Made by a program: the position numbers and the translations under genes. Positions 16,795 to 26,936 of a stretch of DNA of 64,000 nucleotides are shown piece after piece (the first letter of the stretch is position 1; each line of letters opens with the position of its first letter). The stretch is from a virus, in IMG/VR virus record IMGVR_UViG_3300047320_000210, positions 1 to 64,000 of that record; one strand, 5' to 3'. The notes beneath the pieces are model-generated. The model saw nothing but the letters and a program-made list of their open reading frames with translations, did no database searches and was not told where the DNA came from.

Positions 16795-18599
16795 CGCAGT
16801 CGTTGCGCCCCGAACTGGAGGTCTACCTCGAACGCTTGCGCATGCAAGCCTTCGACGCCCGCGACTTCAGCGGCATTCCCAAGTGGCTGACCAACCACAC
16901 CACCGACCCGATGGACCCCAGCCGCTCCTGGTCGTTTAACGAGCACGAGTATCAGCCGGACATTCTGGCCGACACCTGCCCCGACATCGCCATGCAGAAA
17001 TGTTCGCAGGTCGGCGCCTCGGAAATTTGGGTGCGCATGATGTTGGCCATGATGGCGATCAGCAAGAAGATCACCATCATTTACATCATGCCGACCTCGG
17101 CGCTGTCCAAGCGCTTCGCGCAGGGCCGGATCAACCCCGTGCTCGATGACTCGAAAACCTTGAAGGCGATGATCGACAAGGACCTGAACAACAACGAGCA
17201 AAAGCGCATCGGCCGCTCCCTGCTGTACATCAGCGGCACCTTCGGCAAGGTCTCGGCCATTTCGGTACCGGCCCAGGCGTTATTCAGGGACGAAGTCGAT
17301 TTCTGTAACCAGCGGGTTTTGACCACGTTCGATTCCCGACTGGGCCACAGCAAAGAAGGCGACGGGCTCAAACGAAGCTTTTCGACCCCGACGGTGTTCC
17401 GCTACGGGATCAACCTGATGTTCGAGGAAGGCAGCCAAGCCCACTACGCCACCCTCTGCCCGCACTGCGGCGAATGGATGATCCTCGACTACTTCCGCGA
17501 CGTGGTGATCCCCGGGTTCGAGGGCACGCTGCGGGATTTCGAGAAGTCCGACCTGTCCAACCCCGAGGTCAAGATCCTCGACGCGTTCTTTCTCTGCCCG
17601 TGCTGCCGGCACAGCCTGAAGCACAAAGACTTCACCAACCCGGAACGCCGGCAGTGGATTCACACCTACCCCGACCGCGTCGACAAGCACTCCTACCAGG
17701 TGATCCCGATTGACGTGCCGGCGATCAACCCGCTGTCGCGCACCCTGCTGCAGATCAACGACTACGACAGCAAAAAGGACTGGGTCAACTTCAAGTTGGG
17801 CTTGCCGTCCGAGGACGCGCAGTCGTCCTTCCTCGACGAGGAAATGACCAAACACGCCACCACCATCCACGTCCCGCGCCCGGAAGACGCCGACTTCAAG
17901 GGCGTGCGCCTGATGTCCGGCACCTACCTCGGGCTCGACGTGGGCAAGACCTGCTGGCTGACCATCACCCAGCCGAATGACCGTGGTGGCGAGGATGTGC
18001 TGTACCAGGAGCGCGTGCGGCAGGACGGTGACAACTACGTGGCCAAGCGCACCATGCAGCTGTTCCAGCTGTTTGGGTGTGTGTGCGGGGTGGTCGACTC
18101 CGGGCCGGACTCGACCCTCGCGCAGATGCTGGTCAAGGCCGGCGCCGGGCGATTCTACGCCTGCCGCTACTACACCGGCCCGGCCAAAAGCCTCAAGACC
18201 CTGGACGTGCTGATCGCCCGCGACGAAGAAGAGGGGCTGGTCACGGTCAACCGCACCGCCCTTTACGACAACCTGGTGCGCCGGGTGAACAAGGGCAACA
18301 CCCGCCTGACCAAGAGCTGCGGCGAGTACGACTTGGCCCGGGCGCACCTGCGCTCGTTCAAGCGGATCGAGACCCGCGACGTCGAAACCGGCGAAAGCCT
18401 GGTGCAGTGGGTGGCCACCGCCGACGACCACTACACCCACTCGCTGGGCTACGCCGACGTGGCCCGGCGGATCATCGCCGTACCACCGAAAGAGGTGGTC
18501 ATCCCCTACATTCCCACCCTCGGCCGGGTCACGTTGAAGAGCAGCGACAGCCTCGGTGACCGCTCGGACCTCTGGTTGCCGCCCGGTTTTAAACGCTAA
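16791..18599 (+). CDS. terL: Terminase large subunit, lambda GpA-like
   Basis: Deviant Walker A KCSQVGASE, Walker B FRDEVD, STPT, CPHC/CPCC, nuclease GLDVG and DDHY.H. Confidence 0.9.
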   Translation: MTQSLRPELEVYLERLRMQAFDARDFSGIPKWLTNHTTDPMDPSRSWSFNEHEYQPDILADTCPDIAMQKCSQVGASEIWVRMMLAMMAISKKITIIYIMPTSALSKRFAQGRINPVLDDSKTLKAMIDKDLNNNEQKRIGRSLLYISGTFGKVSAISVPAQALFRDEVDFCNQRVLTTFDSRLGHSKEGDGLKRSFSTPTVFRYGINLMFEEGSQAHYATLCPHCGEWMILDYFRDVVIPGFEGTLRDFEKSDLSNPEVKILDAFFLCPCCRHSLKHKDFTNPERRQWIHTYPDRVDKHSYQVIPIDVPAINPLSRTLLQINDYDSKKDWVNFKLGLPSEDAQSSFLDEEMTKHATTIHVPRPEDADFKGVRLMSGTYLGLDVGKTCWLTITQPNDRGGEDVLYQERVRQDGDNYVAKRTMQLFQLFGCVCGVVDSGPDSTLAQMLVKAGAGRFYACRYYTGPAKSLKTLDVLIARDEEEGLVTVNRTALYDNLVRRVNKGNTRLTKSCGEYDLARAHLRSFKRIETRDVETGESLVQWVATADDHYTHSLGYADVARRIIAVPPKEVVIPYIPTLGRVTLKSSDSLGDRSDLWLPPGFKR

Positions 18600-18680
18600 A
18601 CCCCTGAGTATTGCGGCTTTTTTCGACTTCGCAACCACCGTTTGGAAAACCACGTCTACGCTAGTTCTAAGAGCGGATAA

Positions 18681-18722
18681 CAATTAGTAATTGCCGATTG
18701 GTAATTGCTAATTGCTAACTAA
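18681..18722. repeat. AT-rich heptad repeat, six copies, upstream of the portal gene
   Basis: CAATTAG TAATTGC CGATTGG TAATTGC TAATTGC TAACTAA. Confidence 0.8.
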
Positions 18723-18750
18723 GCCGCCGGGCCTTTGGGGGGCCAACTAC

Positions 18751-20202
18751 GTGCCTGGAGTCATTTCGCAGCCGATCATTCTGCCCAAGTCGTTGGTGAA
18801 CAAGGCCGTCACCGAGACGGTGTTTCAGCGCGCCGGTGCAAATCAGGTCGTGGCCCGCGACAACCGCACAACGGTCAACGAATCGATCACGGCCAGTCGG
18901 GCGCGCAACAACCTGATCGCCTCGATCCGTGACCTGTATTCGCGCGAAGGCACGTTCAGTTCGGCGGCGTTCAGCTTTGTCGAGGTGGCCATCGCCGGCT
19001 ACAGCGCCAAGGCGTACAACACGCAGACCGGGCAATTCGATCTCGCCGGCAGCCTGATGGCACGCCAGATCATCGCCAGTTTCGACACCCTGTTCGACTA
19101 CAGCCAAGGCTATGGCGACAAGACCAGCTTCGACAGCCTGCTGGAGCAATCGCTGCTGGAAGTGGTGCTGACCAGCGCCCTCGCCCAGGAACTGGTGCTG
19201 GATAAGGCGCGGTTTCCCAGCAAAATCAACGTCATCCCGTTTGAAACGTTGGATTGGAAGAACGTCGGCAGCGGCGCCAAGGCGAAGAAGATTCCGCAGC
19301 AGAACCGCAGCGAAGGCGATCCGATCCAGCTGGACTACCCGACCATCTTCATTTGCGAGCTGCACCGTCAGGCTAACCGCGCCTACTCCGACTCGATGCT
19401 CGCCGCCGGCGTCAACAACACCTACACCTACGGCGAGTTCCTGCAGGAAATGCGCCGCGCGGTGCGCCATCAGGGCCACGGGCGCCTGGTGCTGAAAATC
19501 AGCATCGAGCAGGTGATGGCAGCCCTGCCCGAGGACATCAAGGCCGACAAGGACAAGTTGCAGACGGCGCTGGATGCGGTGAAATCCAACATCGAGACCG
19601 CGCTCAAGGACATCAACCCGGAAGACGCCCTGGTGATGTACGACACCGTGACCCCGGACATGCTCAAGGGGAACGGCGAGAAGTCCGACTACGTGCCGCT
19701 GATCGAGACTTTGTCCGGCCTGCTGGCCACCTCGCTCAAGTCCAACCCGTCAATGCTCGGCCTGCGCATGCAGGGCTCGCAATCGCTGAGCAACACCGAA
19801 TCGCTGGTGTTCCTGAAGATTGCCAACGCCGCCCGCCGCCCGGTCGAAACCAACCTCTCGCGCATCCTCACCTTGGCCGCCCGCCTGTACGGCGCCGACG
19901 TCTACGTCAAGTTCAAGTTCGACCCGATCAACCTGCGCCCGGATCTGGAACTCGAAGCGTTCAAGACCATGCAGCAGGCCCGCACCCTCGAATTGCTTTC
20001 CGAAGGGTTCCTCACCGACGACGAAGCCGCTTGGGATCTGGGCACCGGCCCCCGTGCGCCGGCCGCCCCGCCGCTGTCCGGCACCGGCTTTCGCCGGGGC
20101 AGCAAGGGCATCGACGCCACCAACGCCAGTCCGAATGCCGATCCGCAGGGCCGCGCCCTGCAATCCAACGAACCGAAAAAAGCCGGGGGAGCCAGCCAAT
20201 GA
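18751..20202 (+). CDS. Portal protein
   Basis: About 480 aa between terminase and protease; GTG start chosen for its G-rich RBS (ORF opens at 18712). Confidence 0.75.
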   Translation: MPGVISQPIILPKSLVNKAVTETVFQRAGANQVVARDNRTTVNESITASRARNNLIASIRDLYSREGTFSSAAFSFVEVAIAGYSAKAYNTQTGQFDLAGSLMARQIIASFDTLFDYSQGYGDKTSFDSLLEQSLLEVVLTSALAQELVLDKARFPSKINVIPFETLDWKNVGSGAKAKKIPQQNRSEGDPIQLDYPTIFICELHRQANRAYSDSMLAAGVNNTYTYGEFLQEMRRAVRHQGHGRLVLKISIEQVMAALPEDIKADKDKLQTALDAVKSNIETALKDINPEDALVMYDTVTPDMLKGNGEKSDYVPLIETLSGLLATSLKSNPSMLGLRMQGSQSLSNTESLVFLKIANAARRPVETNLSRILTLAARLYGADVYVKFKFDPINLRPDLELEAFKTMQQARTLELLSEGFLTDDEAAWDLGTGPRAPAAPPLSGTGFRRGSKGIDATNASPNADPQGRALQSNEPKKAGGASQ

Positions 20203-21695
20203 GCAAGCCGCGCCAGCGCAGCCAAATGCCTCGTGGCCAGATCCTGCAGCTTGGGGATTTCTGGTACGGCGACGACCAAAGCATGCTCAGCGCCCGTCAG
20301 GCGCTGGTGCAGCTGGCCGCCATCGATCCAAAGCTTTACGTCGGGGACGACAGCGAAGAACCGGAAGACTTCCCCGATTACGCGTACATGCTGACCCGCC
20401 ACTCGGATGTGGCCGTGCTCTCGCTCAGCGGGAGCATGGTTAGCAAGGAAACCTTCTGGAATCGCTACGTCGGCCTGGTCTCGTATCAGGAAGCGCGTAA
20501 CGCCGCGATTGTCGCCGCCGAGGCCGGGTGCCGCGGGCTGTTGCTCGACATCGACACCAATGGCGGCAGCGCCGAAGGCATCGGCGAATTGAGCGACTTC
20601 CTGTCCGAGTTCGACCGCACCGTCATGCCGGTCTTCACCTACACCGGCACCAAGATGCTCTCGGCCGGCTACTGGGTCGGCTGCGTCGGCCGCAGGGTTT
20701 TCAGTTCGTCGATGGCCAACAGCGGCTCGATCGGCGTGGTGAGCGCACACATCAGTTACGCCCGGATGCTCAAGGAACAGGGCATCGACGTGACCATGTT
20801 CCGCCAAGGCGAATTCAAGGCACTTGGTTCGCCCTATGAAACGTTGGATGACAAAGCAAAGGCTGACATCGAAGCGCGGATGAAGAATTTCTACGAACCA
20901 TTCCTCAGTCACGTTTCCGCCAACCGGGGCATCGCCATTCCAGCGCTGATCGAAACCGCAGCGGAAGGCAGGGTCTTCATGGGCTCTGACGCCGTGAAAG
21001 CGGGGCTAGTAGATGAGATCACCACATTCGACAAGGCGGTTTCCGCCGTGATCAGCCTGGTGGGCGCTCGACAGCCAACGGTCTCTGTACCCCTCCCATC
21101 GACCTCCAACGTAGGTATGGATTCTATGAAACGGCATCTGAACGACGCAGGCCTTGCGGCCGTGCAGTCGGGGCTGGCTGAAAAAACCGCCCTGGCTGAC
21201 CCGAAGCTTTCCGAAGAAGTGAAGGACAAAACCCCTGAAGAACTGGCGACCGAAGAAGCGGCAGCCGCCGCCGCTTTGGCCGAGAAAGATCCGAAGGTCG
21301 AGCCCGAAGCCACTCCGGCACCGGCGGCAAAAGCTGAGCAGCTGACGGACCAAACCTTGGACAAGATCATCGCCCTGTCGGGCGAATTGGCCGAGACCAA
21401 GTCCGAGCTGAAGCGCCTGCAAGCCAGTGAGCACGAACGTGCGGCCAGCATGGGCACCCTTATGAAAATTTGCGGTGACGCCATCAACAAAATGGAACTG
21501 CCACTGAGCCGCAGCCCGACCAGCACTGCGGGCATGTCCGCCGAGACCCTGATCTCCACCTACCACCGAACCCTCTCCGACTTTAACGGGCGGATGAAGA
21601 TCGGCGCGCAGGCGGAAGTGCCGGGTGACAGCGACCTCGGGGGTGCACCCAAGGCGACAGCCTACGTGCCCGGCGCGGACTGCGTGAAGCTTTAA
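20199..21695 (+). CDS. S49-family capsid maturation protease with C-terminal scaffold region
   Basis: LLLDIDTNGGS, SAGYW, GSIGVV, GLVDEI motifs; charged coiled-coil C-terminus. Confidence 0.9.
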   Translation: MSKPRQRSQMPRGQILQLGDFWYGDDQSMLSARQALVQLAAIDPKLYVGDDSEEPEDFPDYAYMLTRHSDVAVLSLSGSMVSKETFWNRYVGLVSYQEARNAAIVAAEAGCRGLLLDIDTNGGSAEGIGELSDFLSEFDRTVMPVFTYTGTKMLSAGYWVGCVGRRVFSSSMANSGSIGVVSAHISYARMLKEQGIDVTMFRQGEFKALGSPYETLDDKAKADIEARMKNFYEPFLSHVSANRGIAIPALIETAAEGRVFMGSDAVKAGLVDEITTFDKAVSAVISLVGARQPTVSVPLPSTSNVGMDSMKRHLNDAGLAAVQSGLAEKTALADPKLSEEVKDKTPEELATEEAAAAAALAEKDPKVEPEATPAPAAKAEQLTDQTLDKIIALSGELAETKSELKRLQASEHERAASMGTLMKICGDAINKMELPLSRSPTSTAGMSAETLISTYHRTLSDFNGRMKIGAQAEVPGDSDLGGAPKATAYVPGADCVKL

Positions 21696-21721
21696 ACCAT
21701 CTTTCTTTGGGGGATTGATCC

Positions 21722-22219
21722 ATGACCACTTTTGCCTACAACGAGAGCGTTACCGACGCCATCAAGGACACGATTTCGGTAGCCCTCGGCGCCAGTTCGT
21801 CCGCGACCTTCGGTAACAACGACCTCGGCAAAGCCGTGAAACGCGGCACCGCACAGAACTATGTGCTGTGCGCCGACAACGACCCGATCGAGGGCTTCGT
21901 CACCGCGATCGAGCCGTGGACGGTGAACGCCGGCTTCAGCTTCGGTTCGGTGCAGCGCCGTGGCCGCATGACGGTGCAAGTCGGGACCGGCGAGACCGTG
22001 ACCTTGAACGGTTACGTCGTTGCCTACACCCAGACCGCGTTGGGCACCGCCGGCTACGCACAGGTCGCTCCGCGCCCTGTCGTGGTGGTTCAGGTTGATG
22101 CGACCCCTGCACCGGACGAGGCGACCATTCCGATGGCCAGCCCCTACGTCTGGCAGGTGATCCGCATCGTTTCGGGTACTGGAGTAGCGGGCGACCTCGT
22201 CCTGGTTGAGCGCGTTTAA
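21722..22219 (+). CDS. Head decoration / capsid-associated protein
   Basis: Between protease and major capsid gene; beta-rich. Confidence 0.6.
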   Translation: MTTFAYNESVTDAIKDTISVALGASSSATFGNNDLGKAVKRGTAQNYVLCADNDPIEGFVTAIEPWTVNAGFSFGSVQRRGRMTVQVGTGETVTLNGYVVAYTQTALGTAGYAQVAPRPVVVVQVDATPAPDEATIPMASPYVWQVIRIVSGTGVAGDLVLVERV

Positions 22220-22255
22220 GCGCAGCTCAGCACACACATTTTGGGGGAATAAGAA

Positions 22256-23461
22256 ATGAGCGATCTCCAGACCACGCTGAAGCTGCGCAACGCGCAAGGT
22301 GACCTCCACGAGGTGCCCTTCCACGTTCAGATGTACGCCGAAGCCGCATTGAAGGGCCTGTCCCTGTCGCAGCACCTGAACCAGTTGTACGGCGAAGGTA
22401 CCGACCTGGTGAAGTACGGCGACGTGCTGCAGCAGGCCATGCTGCACTCCGGCATGCTCACCAGTACCGACCACCGCATGGGCATGCGTCCGCCGACCAT
22501 GAAGGAGATGCTGGAAACTGGCATCAACATGGGCTCGATCACCCGCGGCGACGGTTCCGACCGCCACACCGTGGCCGGGCGGATGCTCTATCCAGAGATC
22601 CTGATGCGGGCCATCGAGTCGAAACTGCGTGATGACTACGGTGACCTGTTGGGCACCTGGTCGAGCTTCATCGCGCAGACCCAGACCGTGACGGGGCCGA
22701 AGTTCGATCAGCCCATCATCAACATCACCCGCCCGGAATCGGCGACCTCGAATCCGATCGCTCAGCTCGCTGAGCCGGATGTGATGCTGTCGATCACCAC
22801 CAGTGATCGCTCGAACGCCATTCCAACCAAGTCCATCGGCTTGATCATTTCGGACCAGGCGGCGCAAGCGTCGACGCTGGACCTGGTGAACCTCGCGATG
22901 ACTGCACAAGCCCGTCAAGAGCGTGTGCGCATGGTGGAAGGTGACATCGCGGCCATCGTGGCTGGTGACGTCGACCGTGGCGAGACCGCCAAGGCCAGCT
23001 TCACTGCGGACTCCCTCGACCCTGTCGGGATCACTGCCGCAGGGCAGATGACCCACAAGGCGTGGGTCAAGTACATGCACAAATACCGTCGCCGCATGAT
23101 GACCATCGGCGGGATTTGTGACCTGGACACCGCCATGGCCATCGAGGCGCGCACCGGCAAGCCGACCCGCGACACCGTGTTCATCAAGGAAGCCGAAGCC
23201 TTTAACCAGGGCATCACCGTCGACAACCTGACCGGCCCGGACCCTCGCATCCTGATCGTCGATGACGGCGTGATCGCGACCAACACGTTTGTTGGTATCG
23301 ACACCCGCTTCGCCCTGCGCCGGGTGATCAACATTTCCGCACAGTATTCCGCGATCGAGCAGTTCGTCCTGCGCCGTGCGACCGCGTTCCGTGTGGACTA
23401 TGGCGAAATCACCCACACGCTCTACACCGATGCTTTCAAGGTGATGACCCTCACCCTGTAA
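22256..23461 (+). CDS. Major capsid protein
   Basis: 401 aa, synteny, strongly biased codons, followed by a hairpin. Confidence 0.8.
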   Translation: MSDLQTTLKLRNAQGDLHEVPFHVQMYAEAALKGLSLSQHLNQLYGEGTDLVKYGDVLQQAMLHSGMLTSTDHRMGMRPPTMKEMLETGINMGSITRGDGSDRHTVAGRMLYPEILMRAIESKLRDDYGDLLGTWSSFIAQTQTVTGPKFDQPIINITRPESATSNPIAQLAEPDVMLSITTSDRSNAIPTKSIGLIISDQAAQASTLDLVNLAMTAQARQERVRMVEGDIAAIVAGDVDRGETAKASFTADSLDPVGITAAGQMTHKAWVKYMHKYRRRMMTIGGICDLDTAMAIEARTGKPTRDTVFIKEAEAFNQGITVDNLTGPDPRILIVDDGVIATNTFVGIDTRFALRRVINISAQYSAIEQFVLRRATAFRVDYGEITHTLYTDAFKVMTLTL

Positions 23462-23470
23462 TCGGAATCG

Positions 23471-23490
23471 AGGGGGCCGCAAGGTCCCCT
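23471..23490 (+). terminator. Hairpin after major capsid gene
   Basis: AGGGGGCC-GCAA-GGTCCCCT with GNRA loop; no T-tract. Confidence 0.5.
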
Positions 23491-23511
23491 CAACCACTTC
23501 GGAGCAGAGAC

Positions 23512-23781
23512 ATGACACGCCCAAAAGACAAGACCCCAGAGTTGATTCCAGAAGCCGGCGCTACAGAAGTGGCCGCCGACCCTGCGCCTGAAGTCGCACC
23601 GGCCCCTGCGGCCAAGAGTGACTGGCCCAAATTCCTCAAGTCGATGACGCCGTTCGGGTACACCGACCCGGAAAGCAACATCCACTACGGCCCGGTCGTG
23701 TTTGTACGGATCGAGGCAGCACCAAAAGACGGCAGCTGGCTGCACAGCCAGATGAAAGCCCAGTTGATCGGCGAAGCGTAA
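23512..23781 (+). CDS. Hypothetical head-region protein
   Basis: GGAG RBS. Confidence 0.7.
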   Translation: MTRPKDKTPELIPEAGATEVAADPAPEVAPAPAAKSDWPKFLKSMTPFGYTDPESNIHYGPVVFVRIEAAPKDGSWLHSQMKAQLIGEA

Positions 23782-23794
23782 GGAGAACGATGCC

Positions 23795-24274
23795 ATGACT
23801 GCCCTCGGCAATTACACCACCACCCAAGCGGTGCGCGGCTGCCTGGGCATCGACGTGAACGATTGCCCGGACACGTACATGGTGGATTCGCAGGTCGCCC
23901 TGGAACTGAAACTCGACCTCGACGGCTGGCTGCCGACGCACGCCGCGCTGTACACCGCCGGCACCACCGGCTCGCCGACGGCGCCACAGACCGCGATCTC
24001 TGACCGGATCAAGCTGTATGCACAGTGGTTCGTCGCGCTGGAATTCGCCAACCGGCCGTTGACCGTGCCGCAGATCAACACCGACGGCAAGGCGCAGATC
24101 GACCGATTCAAAGTCGACTTGGCCAAGGTGGCGGAACTGGCGGCGGCCAAGGTGGCCAAGTACAAGGCCGAACTCGTCAGCGTGATCGGTGGCGGCGCCG
24201 TCACGGCGCCGTATGCCAACTACGTCAGCGTGGCCACCCCGGGTTCCGATCCGGTGACCGAGGTGATCCAGTAA
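23795..24274 (+). CDS. Probable head-tail connector
   Basis: Synteny, size. Confidence 0.55.
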   Translation: MTALGNYTTTQAVRGCLGIDVNDCPDTYMVDSQVALELKLDLDGWLPTHAALYTAGTTGSPTAPQTAISDRIKLYAQWFVALEFANRPLTVPQINTDGKAQIDRFKVDLAKVAELAAAKVAKYKAELVSVIGGGAVTAPYANYVSVATPGSDPVTEVIQ

Positions 24275-24879
24275 TGGCCGACCTCGCCCGCGCCTTCGGC
24301 CGTCACGCCCAAACCCCAATTTTCGGGTGGAACGCCACGACCAGCGTTTGGGTGGACACCGGCCTGCGTGGTCGGCTGCAGGCCTACGACCGGTTTATCA
24401 CCGAGCGCGACTTCGGGCAGCGCAAACGCATCCTGACCTTGGCCGGCGACCAGACGCTGCCAGCGCCTTATGCGGTGGTCCGTCTGGGCAACAGCACCAC
24501 CGTCTACCTGCTGGAAAGCCTGAACAAGGACATCGAAGGTGACACGGTGTACGGCACCACCTTCGCCCTGCACCAGGCGCCGTTCCGTGTGCAGATTTGC
24601 AAGGAAGTCACCACCGTCCTGCAGTCCGGGGTCAAGCACAAGACCGGCGCGGAAACGGTGCTGTTTGACACCTGGGTCAACATGTCCCGCTACTCGGCCG
24701 TTGACTCGCGGGAGTTCCCGCTCAGCGATTACACGATCTACACCGTGTACTTCCCGAGCAACGTGGTGCCCACCACCGACATGTACGTGCGCCGATTGGA
24801 CAACGGCGATCTGCTGGACATCACCGAGGTGTTTCAGTCCCTGGAGATTCCTGCAGGGAGGTGCCAACGCCGTGGCTGA
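24274..24879 (+). CDS. Probable head closure / adaptor protein
   Basis: TAATG coupling, synteny. Confidence 0.5.
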   Translation: MADLARAFGRHAQTPIFGWNATTSVWVDTGLRGRLQAYDRFITERDFGQRKRILTLAGDQTLPAPYAVVRLGNSTTVYLLESLNKDIEGDTVYGTTFALHQAPFRVQICKEVTTVLQSGVKHKTGAETVLFDTWVNMSRYSAVDSREFPLSDYTIYTVYFPSNVVPTTDMYVRRLDNGDLLDITEVFQSLEIPAGRCQRRG

Positions 24880-25345
24880 TGACTTCCCGCTGATTATCAA
24901 AGGCACCATCGACCGACTTGTCAGCGACAAGTGTACCGCCCTGCAAGGCCAGTTTCCCGGCCTGCGCTGGGCCGAAGTCGACGACATGCTGCAGACCGAC
25001 GAGGTGTTCAAGGGTGAGGCCCCGGCCCTGCTCTGGCAGTTCGGCGCGTACTCCCCGGACCCCCGGGCGCCGCTGTACGAGATCGAGTTCTCGGTGGGCG
25101 CGCGCACGGTGGCCGACCCGGGCAACTACTCCTTGATCGACCTGGTGTCGCAGCTCCGCGACGTGTTCAAGGCGGACCAGGAATTCCAGCTGTTCAACTA
25201 CATCCTGGCCACCACCGCCCCCGTCGACACCGTGAGCAAGGGCTTTGTGCGGGTGGTTTCCAACGAAATCTCGCCACAGATGTTTGATCGCATGTCAGGC
25301 ATTCGCTACGCGGTGATCCGTGGCAAGGCGGTGAAATATGGCTAA
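24872..25345 (+). CDS. Probable tail terminator / completion protein
   Basis: GGAGG RBS with GTG start, synteny. Confidence 0.5.
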   Translation: MADDFPLIIKGTIDRLVSDKCTALQGQFPGLRWAEVDDMLQTDEVFKGEAPALLWQFGAYSPDPRAPLYEIEFSVGARTVADPGNYSLIDLVSQLRDVFKADQEFQLFNYILATTAPVDTVSKGFVRVVSNEISPQMFDRMSGIRYAVIRGKAVKYG

Positions 25346-26066
25346 GGCCAACGTCATCCGCCTGCAGATTGACAAGGAAAAGTTGCTGGGCGTCGTGCTG
25401 CGCGACAAGGGCATGTTGGCCGCCGTGACCGCGCGGGCCGTGGCGCGCCAGAAGGAACTGGAAGCCATCGGCGCCTCCTTTTATTCGGCCACCTTGAAGG
25501 CCACCGGCGGGTTGCTTGAGAGCGGGGTGCAAGGGGCTGACAAACCCCGCCAACAGATCCGCGTGCCCCTGCCCAACGGCGCGAGCGCCCAAGTCAACGT
25601 GGCGTGGAACCCGCTGACCGCCCGCTGGCTGAAGGACAAGGCGCGCCGCGGGCGCAAGAAATACGCCGGGCCGCACAAGAGCTACGGCCCCGGCATGTTC
25701 TGGCTGGACACCGGCCAGTTGCGCACCGCGTTCGCGGGTTGGTTGCCCGGCAAAGGCAAGGTGACCCCCTCGAAACCGCGCATTCGATTAGCAAGTGGTC
25801 GGGATGGCTTCCTGGTCAGCCACCCGATTGCGTTCAAAAAACTTTCGCCAGGCTTCCTCGACCAAGCGCTTCGTAGGGCGCTGATCGCGGGGGCTGTTGC
25901 GGGAAGGCGCGGCGCCGCGCTGGAAGCTCTACGCCGGTCGAGCAAGCGGGGTGGTTTGTACCGCGCGATCGTGCCCGAGGGTTACCGACCGACGATGCGA
26001 CCACTGGCCATGCGGCTGGGCAGAGCAATGCAAGAACAAATTCTTAAAACCCTTCGCAGGAGATAA
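25338..26066 (+). CDS. Basic neck / tail completion protein
   Basis: Arg/Lys-rich, W.PL...W and LDTGQLR motifs, synteny. Confidence 0.55.
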   Translation: MAKANVIRLQIDKEKLLGVVLRDKGMLAAVTARAVARQKELEAIGASFYSATLKATGGLLESGVQGADKPRQQIRVPLPNGASAQVNVAWNPLTARWLKDKARRGRKKYAGPHKSYGPGMFWLDTGQLRTAFAGWLPGKGKVTPSKPRIRLASGRDGFLVSHPIAFKKLSPGFLDQALRRALIAGAVAGRRGAALEALRRSSKRGGLYRAIVPEGYRPTMRPLAMRLGRAMQEQILKTLRRR

Positions 26067-26070
26067 CGCC

Positions 26071-26874
26071 ATGTCCCTCGGCGCACCCGTCACAAACAAG
26101 TTCCAGATCGGCACTGCCGAACTGCGCGTCGGGCCGATGACCTCGGCCATGAAACTGCTGCAAGCCAACTCCGTGGGGCTGGTCGACAGCTGCTCGGTGA
26201 CCATCGGCCAAGAGTCGGTCGATTTGGAAGGCGGCTTCCCGAAACAACTGATGGACTCTGCGGTGGTGCGTCAAACCGCCGAGGTGTCGACGGTGCTGCG
26301 TGAGTACAGCCGTCGCAACCTGAAGATGGCCATCGGCGACGGCGTGACCACGGCGGTTGCCGACGTGGCCACCACTGTCGGTACTGCGGCCTCGGCGGCA
26401 GCCACCTCGCTGATCGTTGCCAGCGGCACCGGCATTTCGGCCAGTGACCTGGTGGTGGCCTACCCGGTCAACACCCCGGAAACCGTGCAGATCGTGCGCG
26501 TGGCCTCGATCGCTACCAACACCCTGACCCTGGACACCGCCACCCCGCTGTTGTTCGACCTAGCGGTGGGTGCGGTGGTGTTCGTGGCCAAGCAGGTAGC
26601 CATCGGTGCGGTGTCGCAGACCAACTACATGTCGGCCTCGATTGTCCAGAAAGAGAACTCCAGCGGCCGTCCTCTGGTGTGGAACTTCTGGAAGGCGTCG
26701 ATCTCCGGCAACTTGGAATACGCCACCAACGCCAGCGATTTCGCCAGCACCACCATGACCCTCAAGTGCCTGCAGCCTGCAGCCTCTGAGTACGGCGTGG
26801 GCGCCAACTTGGCGCACCTGTCGAACATCATCCCCACACACCCCACTGGCTTCCTCGCCATCGGCGGCAGCTAA
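26071..26874 (+). CDS. Major tail tube protein
   Basis: AGGAG RBS, Thr/Ala/Ser-rich, upstream of chaperone and tape measure, followed by a terminator. Confidence 0.75.
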   Translation: MSLGAPVTNKFQIGTAELRVGPMTSAMKLLQANSVGLVDSCSVTIGQESVDLEGGFPKQLMDSAVVRQTAEVSTVLREYSRRNLKMAIGDGVTTAVADVATTVGTAASAAATSLIVASGTGISASDLVVAYPVNTPETVQIVRVASIATNTLTLDTATPLLFDLAVGAVVFVAKQVAIGAVSQTNYMSASIVQKENSSGRPLVWNFWKASISGNLEYATNASDFASTTMTLKCLQPAASEYGVGANLAHLSNIIPTHPTGFLAIGGS

Positions 26875-26892
26875 TCCCGGGTGCGCAACAGA

Positions 26893-26916
26893 GGCCGGGC
26901 GCTGCCCGGCCTTTTT
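26893..26916 (+). terminator. Intrinsic terminator
   Basis: GGCCGGGC-GCT-GCCCGGCC-TTTTT. Confidence 0.8.
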
Positions 26917-26936
26917 CCAAGTGACGGAGGTGCGCG

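Noticed and set aside
18671-18685. GAGCGGATAACAATT, identical to 15 nt of the lac operator
   Set aside because: Flanks do not continue as lacO or vector sequence and the 3' end is the first unit of the native heptad array; treated as coincidence
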